A DNA stretch of 64,000 nt from an uncultured Clostridia bacterium (GTDB lineage: Bacteria > Bacillota > Clostridia > Christensenellales > DTU072). The translations under genes were made by a program, and so were the position numbers. The stretch spans positions 3,033 through 67,032 of the forward strand of contig CALVXZ010000002.1 of NCBI GenBank assembly GCA_944371785.1. Reading direction: 5' to 3'. Positions 28,120-37,917 of the stretch are shown here, one piece after another; the first letter of the stretch is position 1; each line of letters starts with the position of its first letter. The notes below the pieces were generated by a model. The model did not search any database, had not been told where the DNA came from, and saw nothing but the letters and a program-made list of their open reading frames with translations.

Positions 28120-28540
28120 ACTGCGCCAAAGCTTTCAATTTGTCTGCATAGGAACTTACGGTATGGACGGCTTCGTAGCGTTCTTCCGACCAGATCTCGA
28201 TTATGTTCCCCGCGCCTATCACGACTACGTTTTTGATTATCGAAGCGTAATCGCGCGAATGTTTGGGGATCACGAAACGTCCTTGCGCGTCTTCTTCGGG
28301 TTCGAATGCCGTTCCCAAAATGTCGGAAACCGCACGCCTCGCCTCGATGTCGGAATAAGGTATGCTCCTGAATTTTTCGTTCAACGCCTCGAAATCTTCC
28401 TTCGGCATTACGGAAAGACAGTCGGCGCCGTACATTACGACGTAGCCCGTTCCGATAGCCGCCCTGAGTTTAGCCGGCAAACGCATCCTGCATTTGTCGT
28501 CCAAAGCCAGATTGAATTTTCCGAGAAAACAATAATTCAT
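28109..28540 (-). CDS. mraZ: Division/cell-wall cluster transcriptional regulator MraZ
   Basis: 143 aa with two SpoVT/AbrB-like repeats (LDDKCRMRLPAKLR and DAQGRFVIPKHSRDYA). It is the first gene of the dcw cluster. Confidence 0.9.
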   Translation of the reverse strand: MNYCFLGKFNLALDDKCRMRLPAKLRAAIGTGYVVMYGADCLSVMPKEDFEALNEKFRSIPYSDIEARRAVSDILGTAFEPEEDAQGRFVIPKHSRDYASIIKNVVVIGAGNIIEIWSEERYEAVHTVSSYADKLKALAQYGI

Positions 28541-28697
28541 GCTACTGTCCTTTCACGTCCGGTATTACCGCCGTTCAAGTCGTTCCCGCGTCTTTTTCCG
28601 TTGCTCCGTCCGCCTTTCGGCTTCGGCATTATCAGGCGCGTTTTTTCGGGATCCGGAGTCCCTCTTCCCTGAACGTACTTCCGTTTCTATTGATTAT

Positions 28698-28742
28698 ATT
28701 ATAAATTAAGTTTTAACCACTTTCAACCACTTGCAAACATTT
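28698..28742 (-). promoter_or_regulatory. dcw (Pmra) sigma-A promoter overlapped by MraZ-type direct repeats
   Basis: The minus strand reads TTGAAA (28726-28721), 17 nt, TATAAT (28703-28698). Three AAGTGGTT-like repeats on a 10-bp period start at 28715, 28725 and 28735 on the plus strand (AACCACTT, AACCACTT, AAACATTT). Confidence 0.5.
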
Positions 28743-28765
28743 TATCGAAAATAAGTATAAAAAAA

Positions 28766-28790
28766 AGGGTCACGGAACCCTGAACCCTGC
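28766..28790 (-). terminator. Rho-independent terminator upstream of Pmra
   Basis: The minus strand reads AGGGT-TCCGTG-ACCCT followed by T8. Confidence 0.5.
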
Positions 28791-28819
28791 CCGACGGGGT
28801 ACTTTACGGGCATGTTATG

Positions 28820-28833
28820 CGAACAAATGTTCT
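28820..28833. promoter_or_regulatory. LexA (DinR) operator / Cheo box
   Basis: CGAACAAATGTTCT matches the Firmicute SOS-box consensus CGAACRNRYGTTYC at 13 of 14 positions. It is intergenic, and its 12-nt core is identical to the box at 58539-58552. Confidence 0.5.
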
Positions 28834-28863
28834 AAAAGCCTGAAGGGAAGCCGCTCCGCAGGC

Positions 28864-30357
28864 TTACGGTCGGGATATACCCACCGAACGGCTGAGGAGC
28901 GTCAACACATTTTCGGGGATGTTTGCGGAGAAACAGCTTTCGCCCGTGACGAAGGCCGCCACTGCCGCTTTGCCCTCTTCGGTCATCGAATCGTAGACGG
29001 GACGGATGAAGTCGCAAAGTTCACCGAACGCCGCTTCCAGGCGGTTTTCTCCGGGTAACGACGGGAACAACAGCCACTGAGTTATGACAGGCAGAGTATC
29101 GTCGCCGGGGATACCGTTTTCCGCCGCCGCCAAAACGTCGGCGGCAAAGTCTGCCACATACAGTAAGGACGTGCAGTCGGCGGAGAATTTTCCGTCGTCG
29201 GCTTCGATGCCGATCGATCCGTTTTGTTTTAACGAAAGCGCGGCTTGCCCGAATGCGAACCTGAAATACAGGTCGCCGACAAGCGGATCCGAAAATTTTC
29301 CGAACGTATCGCCCAAAGCCGCGGCGCGTTCAAAAAATTCGGCGTAAGCATAGCTGTTCGCGCCCAATTCGCATTCGTCCGACGATCCGGACAGCAGGCC
29401 GAGGATACTTATCAGCGCGTTATCTCCGCGTTCCGCATATTCCAGGGCGATATCCTTTATGAATTCCAAATTGGATACGGCGATTTCGGAATCGAAGTCC
29501 CCTCTTTCTTCCGCGTTTTCGATCGCCTTGCAGAACGCGGCTGCGACGTATTTAAAAAACTTGTCGTTTTCAATGGCACTTAATGCGCCGCCTTCGGGCG
29601 AGCCTTCGGACGGGAAGACTTCGGAGCAGAGGTATTTCAATAAATTAAGGGTCGTAAAATCATTCAGAAAAACGGCGGAGTAGTCTTTCAAAATCGCGTT
29701 AAATTCGGCAACAGTTTCTCGGTCAAAGTACTTCAATACCGCAAAAAAGGCGTCCGAAGCGTTATCTGCGGTCACCGTTCTGAAATCGAATTCCGCCGCG
29801 GCGCGGCGCAAAATCTCGGTAAAACAGTCCGTTTCGCGGAACAGCTTCGCATAAATATAATGGAAAGCGTCCGCGCCAAGCTTCGATTCGTTAAAAAAAT
29901 CGGTGATCGGCGGAAACAGGCTCTCCCCTACGTCCAGATTTTCGGGAGAGCCCGATTTTATATACAAATCGTCCAGAAGATCGCTTACGGAATCTTCGTC
30001 AAGTTCGGAGAAGTTACGGTCGTCTATCGTGATATCCGGAAAATTTTCCCTCGTCAGATCGTTAACCGTAACCGTTCTTTCGGTTTTGAAATTTCTGTAA
30101 GTTATTATCAGTTTCTTTACGCCCGCGGTTTCCGTGTCGAAGCCTTCGACCATACTTTCGGTGATGACGCCGCTTTCTTCGCGTCCGTTTGAATAGACAA
30201 CCGTGATCGGCACCGGGACAAAGGCTTCTCCGACAATATACTGACTTTTCCAATCTCCGTCCGCAATTTTCAAATCGACGATCTTTAACGTACAGCCTGC
30301 CGTAACCAGGCAAAACGCCGCAAGAACGACGGCGACGAAGAATACTTTTTTAAACAT
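28864..30357 (-). CDS. Lipoprotein of unknown function
   Basis: Signal peptide with the lipobox LVTAGC, then a 497-aa acidic, largely helical protein with an N-terminal beta-rich segment. Confidence 0.6.
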   Translation of the reverse strand: MFKKVFFVAVVLAAFCLVTAGCTLKIVDLKIADGDWKSQYIVGEAFVPVPITVVYSNGREESGVITESMVEGFDTETAGVKKLIITYRNFKTERTVTVNDLTRENFPDITIDDRNFSELDEDSVSDLLDDLYIKSGSPENLDVGESLFPPITDFFNESKLGADAFHYIYAKLFRETDCFTEILRRAAAEFDFRTVTADNASDAFFAVLKYFDRETVAEFNAILKDYSAVFLNDFTTLNLLKYLCSEVFPSEGSPEGGALSAIENDKFFKYVAAAFCKAIENAEERGDFDSEIAVSNLEFIKDIALEYAERGDNALISILGLLSGSSDECELGANSYAYAEFFERAAALGDTFGKFSDPLVGDLYFRFAFGQAALSLKQNGSIGIEADDGKFSADCTSLLYVADFAADVLAAAENGIPGDDTLPVITQWLLFPSLPGENRLEAAFGELCDFIRPVYDSMTEEGKAAVAAFVTGESCFSANIPENVLTLLSRSVGISRP

Positions 30358-30550
30358 AATCGCCCCCTAAACGCCTCATGACAAACGTATAAGTTTCACC
30401 GATCTCCGTGATATAACAGAAGATATTCAAATTATATACTTTTTATAAAAAATAGTCAACGGCAGCGATCCGGGAAGCCGCTCCGAAGGACAGATCCCAT
30501 CGATCCTTTTTTATCGCATCGTCTTAGCGGCGAAACGGCATTCGGCGGCG

Positions 30551-31261
30551 TCACCGTTCGTCGATCGGGACCAATTTGTTCCCGATAATGTCGCAGGAAG
30601 TCAGAAAATATTCGGTGCCGTTTTTCACGGAACGCATTTCGGCGCGGCATTTCTGACCGTGCAGATGCCCGTAAACGACTTTTTTGACGCCGTATGCGGT
30701 AAAAAGATCGGTAAAAGGCGTAGAGCCCATTCTGGAATCGAACGGCGGAAAGTGTATCAGCGCGATTTTCACCGCGTCGGAGGAGCCTTCCGCCAAAGCG
30801 TCCGCCGCTTTCAGACTGAGTTCCAGCCTTAACGCTTCGCGGCGCAGTATCTTTTCGTCTTCGGCGGAGGGTTTCGTTCCGATTTCGGGCACGTTCCAAC
30901 CGCGCGTGCCGCAAAAAACGAAATTGCCGAATTTCAGAGCGTCGTTTTGTATGCAGTAGCTTCCTTCGGGCAGGACCGCGCGCACTTTAGAAAGGCTTCC
31001 CCACCAATAATCGTGGTTGCCTTTGACGTAGATCTTTTTCCCGGGCATGGCGCCGATGGTTTCCAGGTCGCGGCGCGCTTCGTCCACGGTCATTCCCCAC
31101 GAAATATCGCCGGGGATCAAGACTATATCCTCATCCCCGACTTTTTCGATCCAATCGGCGGCGATCGCGTCCCAATGGTTTTCCCAAACCGATCCGAAGA
31201 TCGACATCGGCTTTTCCGCGGTAAAGGAAAGATGTGGGTCGCTGACTGCAAAAACTTTCAT
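30551..31261 (-). CDS. Calcineurin-like metallophosphoesterase
   Basis: Contains SDPHL, PGDISW, GNHDYWW and GHLHG metal-binding motifs in the canonical order. Confidence 0.75.
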   Translation of the reverse strand: MKVFAVSDPHLSFTAEKPMSIFGSVWENHWDAIAADWIEKVGDEDIVLIPGDISWGMTVDEARRDLETIGAMPGKKIYVKGNHDYWWGSLSKVRAVLPEGSYCIQNDALKFGNFVFCGTRGWNVPEIGTKPSAEDEKILRREALRLELSLKAADALAEGSSDAVKIALIHFPPFDSRMGSTPFTDLFTAYGVKKVVYGHLHGQKCRAEMRSVKNGTEYFLTSCDIIGNKLVPIDER

Positions 31262-31272
31262 CGGCTCCCTTT

Positions 31273-31869
31273 TCAGTTCATATCGATCGACAGGATTTCG
31301 TCGATCCTGGTCAGGATATCTTCTTTGCCCTGTTTGGCGTAGGAAGAAGAAACTATTATGTTGTCGGCGCCGATTTTCAAAGCGGCGGCTATCTTTCTGC
31401 GGCGGTCTATCGCCTGCATCCTGGACACCTTATCCGATTTAGTCAGAATAACCGTAAACGGAATGGCGTAATGGTACATATAATTCAGCATCCTGACGTC
31501 GCCTTCGCCCGGGTCGCGGCGTATATCCAACAACAGGAAAACGTGCCTCAGCGAAGCCGGCGATCTGAAATACGCCTCTATCAGCTCTGCCCACTTCAGC
31601 TTTTCTTCGTCGGAAACCCTGGCAAACCCGTACCCGGGAAGATCCACCAACAGGAACTTTCCGCCGTTTATGCGGAAATAATTCACCAGCCTTGTCCTTC
31701 CCGGTTCTTTGGAAGTCTTTGCCAATTTGCCGTTTCCGGTCAGAAAGTTGATAAACGAGGACTTCCCGACGTTGGATCTGCCTGCGACGGCGATCTCGGG
31801 AACGCCTTGTTCGTTCAGTTGCTCCGGATACCCTGCCGAATACAAAAATTCGGCGCTTTTTATCTTCAT
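31273..31869 (-). CDS. engB: Ribosome biogenesis GTPase EngB/YsxC/YihA
   Basis: Contains GRSNVGKSSFIN (G1), DLPGYG (G3) and TKSDK (G4). It lies downstream of lon, as in Bacillus. Confidence 0.85.
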   Translation of the reverse strand: MKIKSAEFLYSAGYPEQLNEQGVPEIAVAGRSNVGKSSFINFLTGNGKLAKTSKEPGRTRLVNYFRINGGKFLLVDLPGYGFARVSDEEKLKWAELIEAYFRSPASLRHVFLLLDIRRDPGEGDVRMLNYMYHYAIPFTVILTKSDKVSRMQAIDRRRKIAAALKIGADNIIVSSSYAKQGKEDILTRIDEILSIDMN

Positions 31870-31935
31870 ATCTCTCCTCCTTCCCCCGTCTTAAAAATTA
31901 TCAGAACGGTTTTTTGCCTGATTAAGTGATACCGG

Positions 31936-34257
31936 CTACCAAACTATGGCGTTCTTCAGCACAGTACCGACGTTTCCGACAAAGCGGAAATCGATTTTGT
32001 CTTTTACGATACCCGGCAGTTCCTTGTAATCGCGGCGGTTCTCCTCGGGAAGGAAAATCGTCTTTATCCCGTCCCTTAAAGCCGCAAGCGATTTTTCTTT
32101 CAGTCCGCCTATCGGCAGAACCTTTCCGCGCAAGGTAAGTTCGCCCGTCATCGCCACGTCGCCTTTTACGGGTTTACCGGTCGCCGCGGAGCATACCGCG
32201 GTAGCTATCGTAATTCCGGCGCTGGGTCCGTCTTTCGGCGTTGCCCCTTCCGGAACGTGAATGTGTATGTCGTGTTTTTCGAAAAAGTCGTCCGCTATCC
32301 CCCATTCTTTTCCGAACACGCGGCAGTAGCTTATCGCGATCCTGGCGGATTCTTTCATCACGTCGCCAAGGTTCCCCGTCAGCAGAGTTTCGCCTTTTCC
32401 CGGAGTTACCGCCACTTCGACTTCCAAAGTGTCGCCGCCGGCTTCTGTCCACGCCAGCCCCGTAACGACGCCCTCGGAATCGGGACGAAGTTTGGAGCTG
32501 ACCGGGAATTTGGCTTCGCCCAGATACTCTTTTACGTTTTCCGCAGTCAGTTCCACGGGGTCGGACCCGGGGTTTTCTACAAAGACTTTCGCCACCTTTC
32601 TGACGACGGAGTTGATGCACTTTTCAAGCGCCCTCACGCCCGATTCGCGCGTGTATTCGTGAATGATCTCGGCGATGGATGCGTCGGTAAAATTCACCCA
32701 TTCGGGAGAAACTCCGTTTTGTTTATACGCCTTTTTCACTAGATAGCGTTTGGCTATCTCCATTTTCTCCACGTCGGTATAGCCGCTGAGTTCGATGACC
32801 TCCATCCTGTCCAAAAGCGGTCTGGAGATGGGGTCCAGAGTGTTGGCGGTGGTGATGAACAGCACTTTGGAAAGGTCGAAAGGCACTTCTATGAAATGGT
32901 CGCGGAACCCGACGTTCTGTTCAGGATCCAACACTTCTAACAACGCGCTGGCGGGATCGCCCTTATAATCCGCCGCCATCTTGTCTATTTCGTCCATAAG
33001 GAACACGGGGTTCATACTGCCCGCCTGCAATATGGCGTTGATTATACGCCCGGGCATGGCTCCGACGTAAGTCTTCCTGTGACCGCGGATCTCGGCTTCG
33101 TCGCGAATGCCGCCCAAAGACAGGCGGACGAATTTTTTGTTCATCGCGCGCGCGATCGAAGAAGCTATGGAAGTCTTTCCCACTCCGGGAGGACCCACAA
33201 GACAAATTATGGGGCTCCTGCCGTCTTTTGAAAGTTTCCTGACAGCCAAAGCCTCTATCAGACGTTCCTTTACCTTCTCCAATCCGTAGTGGTCTTCGTT
33301 CAAAACGCGTTCGGCTTCTTTCAGATCCTCGTTGTCGTCGGTATATTCTCCCCACGGCAATTCGATGACCGTGTCAAGGTAGTTTTTGATCAGAGCCATA
33401 TCCGGCGAAGCCGCCGCCGTGCGGTTCAGGCGCCTTACTTCCCTGCGGAATTTTTCCTTGTTTTCTTCGGTGGTCTTTAAAGCGTCTATCTTTTCAAGAT
33501 AGGTTTCGGCTTCGTCCTCTTCGTCTATTTCCTTTGAAAGAGCTTTTATCTGTTCGCGGATAAAATAATCGCGTTGGTTTTCGTCCATTGCGGCGTGCAC
33601 TTCCGCCATAACGCGGTCTTCGACTTTTATGATGTCGATTTCCTGCATCAGACACCGAATAGCTATCATAATGCGCGAAACGGTGTCCAATTCTCCGTAC
33701 AGATCGGACGTGTCGGCGATATGTAATTCACCTGCCAGCCTGTCGATCCCCCTGTTTATTTCCGCGGCGGATTCGGGCGCGGGCTCCAAAACTCTTTCCA
33801 CGGTAAACGCGGGGAATTTAGTATCCCCGTCCTTGCCGTGTTCGGATATCATCCGGATATATGTATTGTATAAAGTGAACAGCTTTCCGTAAGCGATATA
33901 CAGCTCCTCCGCCTTTGTCCCCGTAAAACGCGCCTGACGTAGCCCTACGACGCACCTGCCGGAATCGTCGTAATCGACGCCGTCCACGCGGTAACGCGAA
34001 GCCCCCGTCGCTCTGTACAGAATGACGGTCTGGCTTTCTTTCAGCTGTAGAAGCTGTTCAATTTCTATTATCGTGCATAAATCGCCCGTCTTTACGCGGT
34101 TCCTTTTGTCGGAAGCCGGTACCGCCGCCACGCGTTCGTTGTGTTCCAACGCCCATTTGGCGGCATCGGCGGAAACCGCGTCGATTTCGGCTTTCCCCGA
34201 AGTCCAGGGAAATATCGGTTCGGGCACGATTATTGCGGTTATTTTTGCATCGTCCAT
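31936..34257 (-). CDS. lon: ATP-dependent Lon protease
   Basis: 773 aa with GPPGVGKTS (Walker A), DEIDK and the protease motif DGPSAGITIATA. Confidence 0.9.
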   Translation of the reverse strand: MDDAKITAIIVPEPIFPWTSGKAEIDAVSADAAKWALEHNERVAAVPASDKRNRVKTGDLCTIIEIEQLLQLKESQTVILYRATGASRYRVDGVDYDDSGRCVVGLRQARFTGTKAEELYIAYGKLFTLYNTYIRMISEHGKDGDTKFPAFTVERVLEPAPESAAEINRGIDRLAGELHIADTSDLYGELDTVSRIMIAIRCLMQEIDIIKVEDRVMAEVHAAMDENQRDYFIREQIKALSKEIDEEDEAETYLEKIDALKTTEENKEKFRREVRRLNRTAAASPDMALIKNYLDTVIELPWGEYTDDNEDLKEAERVLNEDHYGLEKVKERLIEALAVRKLSKDGRSPIICLVGPPGVGKTSIASSIARAMNKKFVRLSLGGIRDEAEIRGHRKTYVGAMPGRIINAILQAGSMNPVFLMDEIDKMAADYKGDPASALLEVLDPEQNVGFRDHFIEVPFDLSKVLFITTANTLDPISRPLLDRMEVIELSGYTDVEKMEIAKRYLVKKAYKQNGVSPEWVNFTDASIAEIIHEYTRESGVRALEKCINSVVRKVAKVFVENPGSDPVELTAENVKEYLGEAKFPVSSKLRPDSEGVVTGLAWTEAGGDTLEVEVAVTPGKGETLLTGNLGDVMKESARIAISYCRVFGKEWGIADDFFEKHDIHIHVPEGATPKDGPSAGITIATAVCSAATGKPVKGDVAMTGELTLRGKVLPIGGLKEKSLAALRDGIKTIFLPEENRRDYKELPGIVKDKIDFRFVGNVGTVLKNAIVW

Positions 34258-34279
34258 TTTCTTTCCTCTTTACCGAGAA

Positions 34280-35527
34280 TCAGGCTCCGGTCATTCCGGA
34301 ACGCCCGGTATAAGTTATTTCGGGCTCGGCGCCCGCGTTTATCGTCCTGTCGGTGATGACGACTTCTTCTATCTCGTCGGCCTTGTCCGGCAGTTCGAAC
34401 ATAATGTTTTTCATGGCGTTTTCGATCACCGTCCTCAGTCCCCTCGCGCCCGTTTTCAAAGCTATCGCCTTGTCGGCGATCGCCTGAACGGCTCCGTCGG
34501 TGAACGTCAGACGCATTCCGTCCATTTCAAACAGTTTGACGTATTGTTTTATCAAAGCGTTTTCGGGTTCCGTAAGGATCTTTATCAGCGCGGTCTTGTC
34601 CAAAGGATCCAAAGCCGCTATGATCGGCACCCTGCCCACGAATTCGGGTATCAGTCCGTATTTTATCAGATCGTCGGGCTGCAGATCCTTTAACGATTCC
34701 GAATAGCTTTCGTCGCCCTTTTTCAAAGCCCCCGTAAAGCCTATCGAGGAACCGTCCTTCCGCTTTTCGACTATCTTTTCCAATCCGACGAAGGCTCCGC
34801 CGCAAATGAACAGGATGTTGGTGGTGTCTATTTGGATACACTCCTGATAAGGATGTTTCCTGCCGCCCGTGGGAGGCACGGAAGCCACGGTGGATTCGAT
34901 GATCTTTAACAGAGCCTGCTGTACGCCCTCGCCCGAAACGTCGCGCGTTATCGACATATTTTCGGACTTGCGGCAGATTTTGTCTATTTCGTCGATATAG
35001 ATTATGCCGCGTTCCGCCCTGGAAATATCGTTATCCGCCGCGCGTATCAGCTTCAGCAACACGTTTTCCACGTCCTCGCCGACGTAGCCGGCTTCGGTAA
35101 GAGTGGTGGCGTCGGCGATCGCAAACGGAACGTTGATTATATCCGCCAGAGTCTTTGCCAGCAACGTCTTTCCCGATCCGGTGGGTCCCAGCATCAGGAT
35201 ATTCGATTTTTCGGGCTTTACGCTGTCGTTTCCGGCAAATTTCAAACGTTTGTAATGGTTGTAAACGGCTACCGAAAGTATGCGTTTCGCGTCGTCCTGA
35301 CCTACGATGAATTTATCCAATCCGGCTTTTATCTGAGTAGGTTTCGGAACTGCTTCGTTGAAATCTTCGGCGGCTTTTTCGCCTTTTTCAAGGCGTTTTT
35401 GTTCAAACGCCAACCTTTTTATGCAGTCCGCACAAATATAAGCTCCGCCCTGACCCGCGAAAATAGCGGCTACTTCGTATTCCGATCTGCCGCAAAAATT
35501 GCAACGTATAGGTTTAAATTCTGCCAT
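34280..35527 (-). CDS. clpX: ATP-dependent Clp protease ATP-binding subunit ClpX
   Basis: N-terminal zinc finger CNFCGR...CADC, with [17 protein letters not shown] and the pore loop GYVG. Confidence 0.95.
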   Translation of the reverse strand: MAEFKPIRCNFCGRSEYEVAAIFAGQGGAYICADCIKRLAFEQKRLEKGEKAAEDFNEAVPKPTQIKAGLDKFIVGQDDAKRILSVAVYNHYKRLKFAGNDSVKPEKSNILMLGPTGSGKTLLAKTLADIINVPFAIADATTLTEAGYVGEDVENVLLKLIRAADNDISRAERGIIYIDEIDKICRKSENMSITRDVSGEGVQQALLKIIESTVASVPPTGGRKHPYQECIQIDTTNILFICGGAFVGLEKIVEKRKDGSSIGFTGALKKGDESYSESLKDLQPDDLIKYGLIPEFVGRVPIIAALDPLDKTALIKILTEPENALIKQYVKLFEMDGMRLTFTDGAVQAIADKAIALKTGARGLRTVIENAMKNIMFELPDKADEIEEVVITDRTINAGAEPEITYTGRSGMTGA

Positions 35528-35540
35528 GATGCTCCTTTAA

Positions 35541-36146
35541 CTATTCGCGCGTTGTGTAAACGACGTCGACAAGCCCGTATTCTTTGGCTTCCTCGGCGGA
35601 CATATAATTGTCCCTGTCGGTGTCGCGAGCGATCTCTTCGACGCTCTTTCCGGTCGCTTCCGCCAAAAACTTGTTTAGTTTTTCGCGCGTTTTAAGTATG
35701 TGATCGGCGATGATTTTTATATCGGAAGCCTGTCCCCGGGCTCCGCCCAAAGGCTGGTGGATCATTACTTCGGAATTGGGAAGGCATATCCTTTTGCCCT
35801 TTGCGCCCGCCGCCAGGAGGAACGCTCCCATCGAAGCCGCCATTCCGACGCAGATCGTCGAAACGTCGCATTTGATATAATTCATCGTATCGAATATCGC
35901 CATTCCGGCAGATACCGATCCGCCGGGCGAATTGATATACAGCGAAATGTCCTTTCCGGGATCTTTGGTTTCCAGATACAACAGCTGACCAACCACAAGG
36001 TTAGCCGTGGCGTCGTCAATCTCGCCCGTCAGAAAAATGATCCTGTCTTCCAGAAGCCTGGAGTACAGGTCGTAAGCGGTCTGACCGCGATTGGTGCTTT
36101 CTATTACTGTAGGAATAGGCATCATTACCGATTTTATCGGATCCAT
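35541..36146 (-). CDS. clpP: ATP-dependent Clp protease proteolytic subunit ClpP
   Basis: Contains [32 protein letters not shown] (catalytic Ser) and MIHQP (catalytic His). Confidence 0.95.
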   Translation of the reverse strand: MDPIKSVMMPIPTVIESTNRGQTAYDLYSRLLEDRIIFLTGEIDDATANLVVGQLLYLETKDPGKDISLYINSPGGSVSAGMAIFDTMNYIKCDVSTICVGMAASMGAFLLAAGAKGKRICLPNSEVMIHQPLGGARGQASDIKIIADHILKTREKLNKFLAEATGKSVEEIARDTDRDNYMSAEEAKEYGLVDVVYTTRE

Positions 36147-36274
36147 AATCTCTCCTTTCCGCCGTCAGGCGGTATTTGATATCCCGGCTCCGCTTGCCGC
36201 GCAAGGCAGGCATTCCCCGGGACCGAAATCGATCGCCGACGAAAATCGGAAGCGTTACCGAAGGAAACCGCCGC

Positions 36275-36312
36275 GAACGGAATCCGCGCCCGTCTGCGCC
36301 GGATTCCCGTTC
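36275..36312 (-). other. Long imperfect hairpin in the tig-clpP spacer
   Basis: The arms GAACGGAATCCG and CGGATTCCCGTTC (12 bp with one bulge) enclose a GC-rich loop that can itself pair (GCGC...GCGC). There is no U-tract. Confidence 0.4.
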
Positions 36313-36372
36313 GGACGGTATTCCCCGTGAAAATTCCTTATCGGTACCGCTATCCTAAAATATCGGCGGTTA

Positions 36373-37662
36373 TTAAGCTATTTTGTTGTTTTCCCTTAAG
36401 AAAGCGATCAGCTTGTCGAAGGTCATTCTTTGCATCAAGGAGTTCAGTTCGTACTCGTTGACGTTCTTCATATAATCTTCTTCGTTTTCGCTTTCTTCGG
36501 CGCCGGCGCGTTTTTTAAGTTCGGCTTTCAGTTCTTCGGGAGTCGGCACCAGCTTTTCTTTCGTAATGATCGCGTTCATGATCATTCCGGTCTTTACTTC
36601 CTTTTCCGCTCTTTCTTTCAGATCGGCGCGGACTTTTTCTTCGGTGGAGCCGGTGTACTTCAGATAGTCTTCGAACTTCAGCCCGTATGAAGCCATACTG
36701 TGTTTCATGTCTTCCACGTTCCTGGTGACTTCGTCTTCTATCATCGCTTCGGGCACTTTCAGATCGGTGCCGTTGACGACGGCTTCGATCAAAGCGTCGT
36801 TTTCGGCGGCTTCGGCTTTTTTCTGCTCGTCGGCTTTAAGTCTTTCCCTTATGCCGTTTTTGTATTCCTCGAAGGTGTCGAATTCGCCAAGATCCTTTGC
36901 GAACTCGTCGTCGGCGGCAGGCAGCTGTTTTACTTTTATCTCGTGGATCAGGCAGGAGAACACCGCTTCCTTGCCTTTCAGGTTTTCGGCGTGATAATCG
37001 GCGGGGAAGGTGACTTTTACGTCAAAAGCTTCGCCGATCTTGTGCCCTGCCACCTGATCTTCGAATCCGGGGATAAAGGTGCCGGAACCCAAAGTCAGCG
37101 AATATTTTTCGGCAGTGCCGCCTTCGAATTTTTCTCCGTCCACGGAACCCGAATAATCCAAAACCACCATATCTCCGTTTTCAGCCGCGCGGTCGGTGAT
37201 GTCTACGAAACGCGCCGCGGCGTTAAGATCGGAATCGATAACGCGCTGTACGTCTTCTTCGGCGATCTCTTTCACGGGAGTCTTCGCGATTTCCAATCCT
37301 TTATAAGCGCCGACTTCGAATTCGGGATAGACCGTCACGGTCGCGGTGAACTTCAGATGATCGTTGTCAACAGAAGTCAAAGATACTTCGGGAGAAGAAA
37401 CCACGTCGAGTTTTTCCTTCGTGACGATCTCCTCGTAGCGTTCGCCGATAGCGATCTCCATCGCGTCTTCGTAGAATATTTCTTCGCCGTAGCGTTTTAA
37501 AATAACGCTGTAAGGAACTTTTCCTTTGCGGAATCCTTCTATCGCAAATTGATGCTTCGTCTTTTCGTAAGCCTTCTTTACATAGCCCTGCCATTCGGTT
37601 TTGTCCAGGCTGACTGCGATCTCGACTTTGGAGTTGTCAAGTTTCTGTATCGAATATTCCAT
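36373..37662 (-). CDS. tig: Trigger factor
   Basis: 429 aa with an N-terminal ribosome-binding motif GFRKGKVP, a central FKBP-type PPIase domain and a C-terminal helical arm. The tig-clpP-clpX-lon order is conserved. Confidence 0.9.
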   Translation of the reverse strand: MEYSIQKLDNSKVEIAVSLDKTEWQGYVKKAYEKTKHQFAIEGFRKGKVPYSVILKRYGEEIFYEDAMEIAIGERYEEIVTKEKLDVVSSPEVSLTSVDNDHLKFTATVTVYPEFEVGAYKGLEIAKTPVKEIAEEDVQRVIDSDLNAAARFVDITDRAAENGDMVVLDYSGSVDGEKFEGGTAEKYSLTLGSGTFIPGFEDQVAGHKIGEAFDVKVTFPADYHAENLKGKEAVFSCLIHEIKVKQLPAADDEFAKDLGEFDTFEEYKNGIRERLKADEQKKAEAAENDALIEAVVNGTDLKVPEAMIEDEVTRNVEDMKHSMASYGLKFEDYLKYTGSTEEKVRADLKERAEKEVKTGMIMNAIITKEKLVPTPEELKAELKKRAGAEESENEEDYMKNVNEYELNSLMQRMTFDKLIAFLRENNKIA

Positions 37663-37725
37663 ATTTTTAGCCTCCGTTCTGTTGTTTTTTTCGGTGGAAT
37701 TTTTTCGTGCTACAGTATCTTATCA

Positions 37726-37754
37726 CAGTGCGCCGATTAAATCAACAAATTATA
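37726..37754 (-). promoter_or_regulatory. Sigma-A promoter for tig
   Basis: The minus strand reads TTGATT, 17 nt, (TGa)TAAGAT. Confidence 0.4.
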
Positions 37755-37917
37755 TAAAAATAAATTTTATTTTATTATAATATACGTCGGTCGGATCTTC
37801 AAATACTCCCCCCGATCAGCCGCCGCCGCGGCGAAAAGATTGTCGCAAGCCCCAAAAATATGTACTTGCGGCGCGATTTTAATTGTAATTTGCGAACTTT
37901 TAAGGTATAATCCGGGT

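Noticed and set aside
28845-30484. The 14-nt direct repeat GGGAAGCCGCTCCG occurs just downstream (28845-28858) and just upstream (30471-30484) of the lipoprotein gene, suggesting att-like flanks.
   Set aside because: By a rough estimate, several exact 14-mer pairs are expected by chance in a 64-kb window. There are no recombinase or other mobility genes, and no extended similarity beyond the 14 nt.
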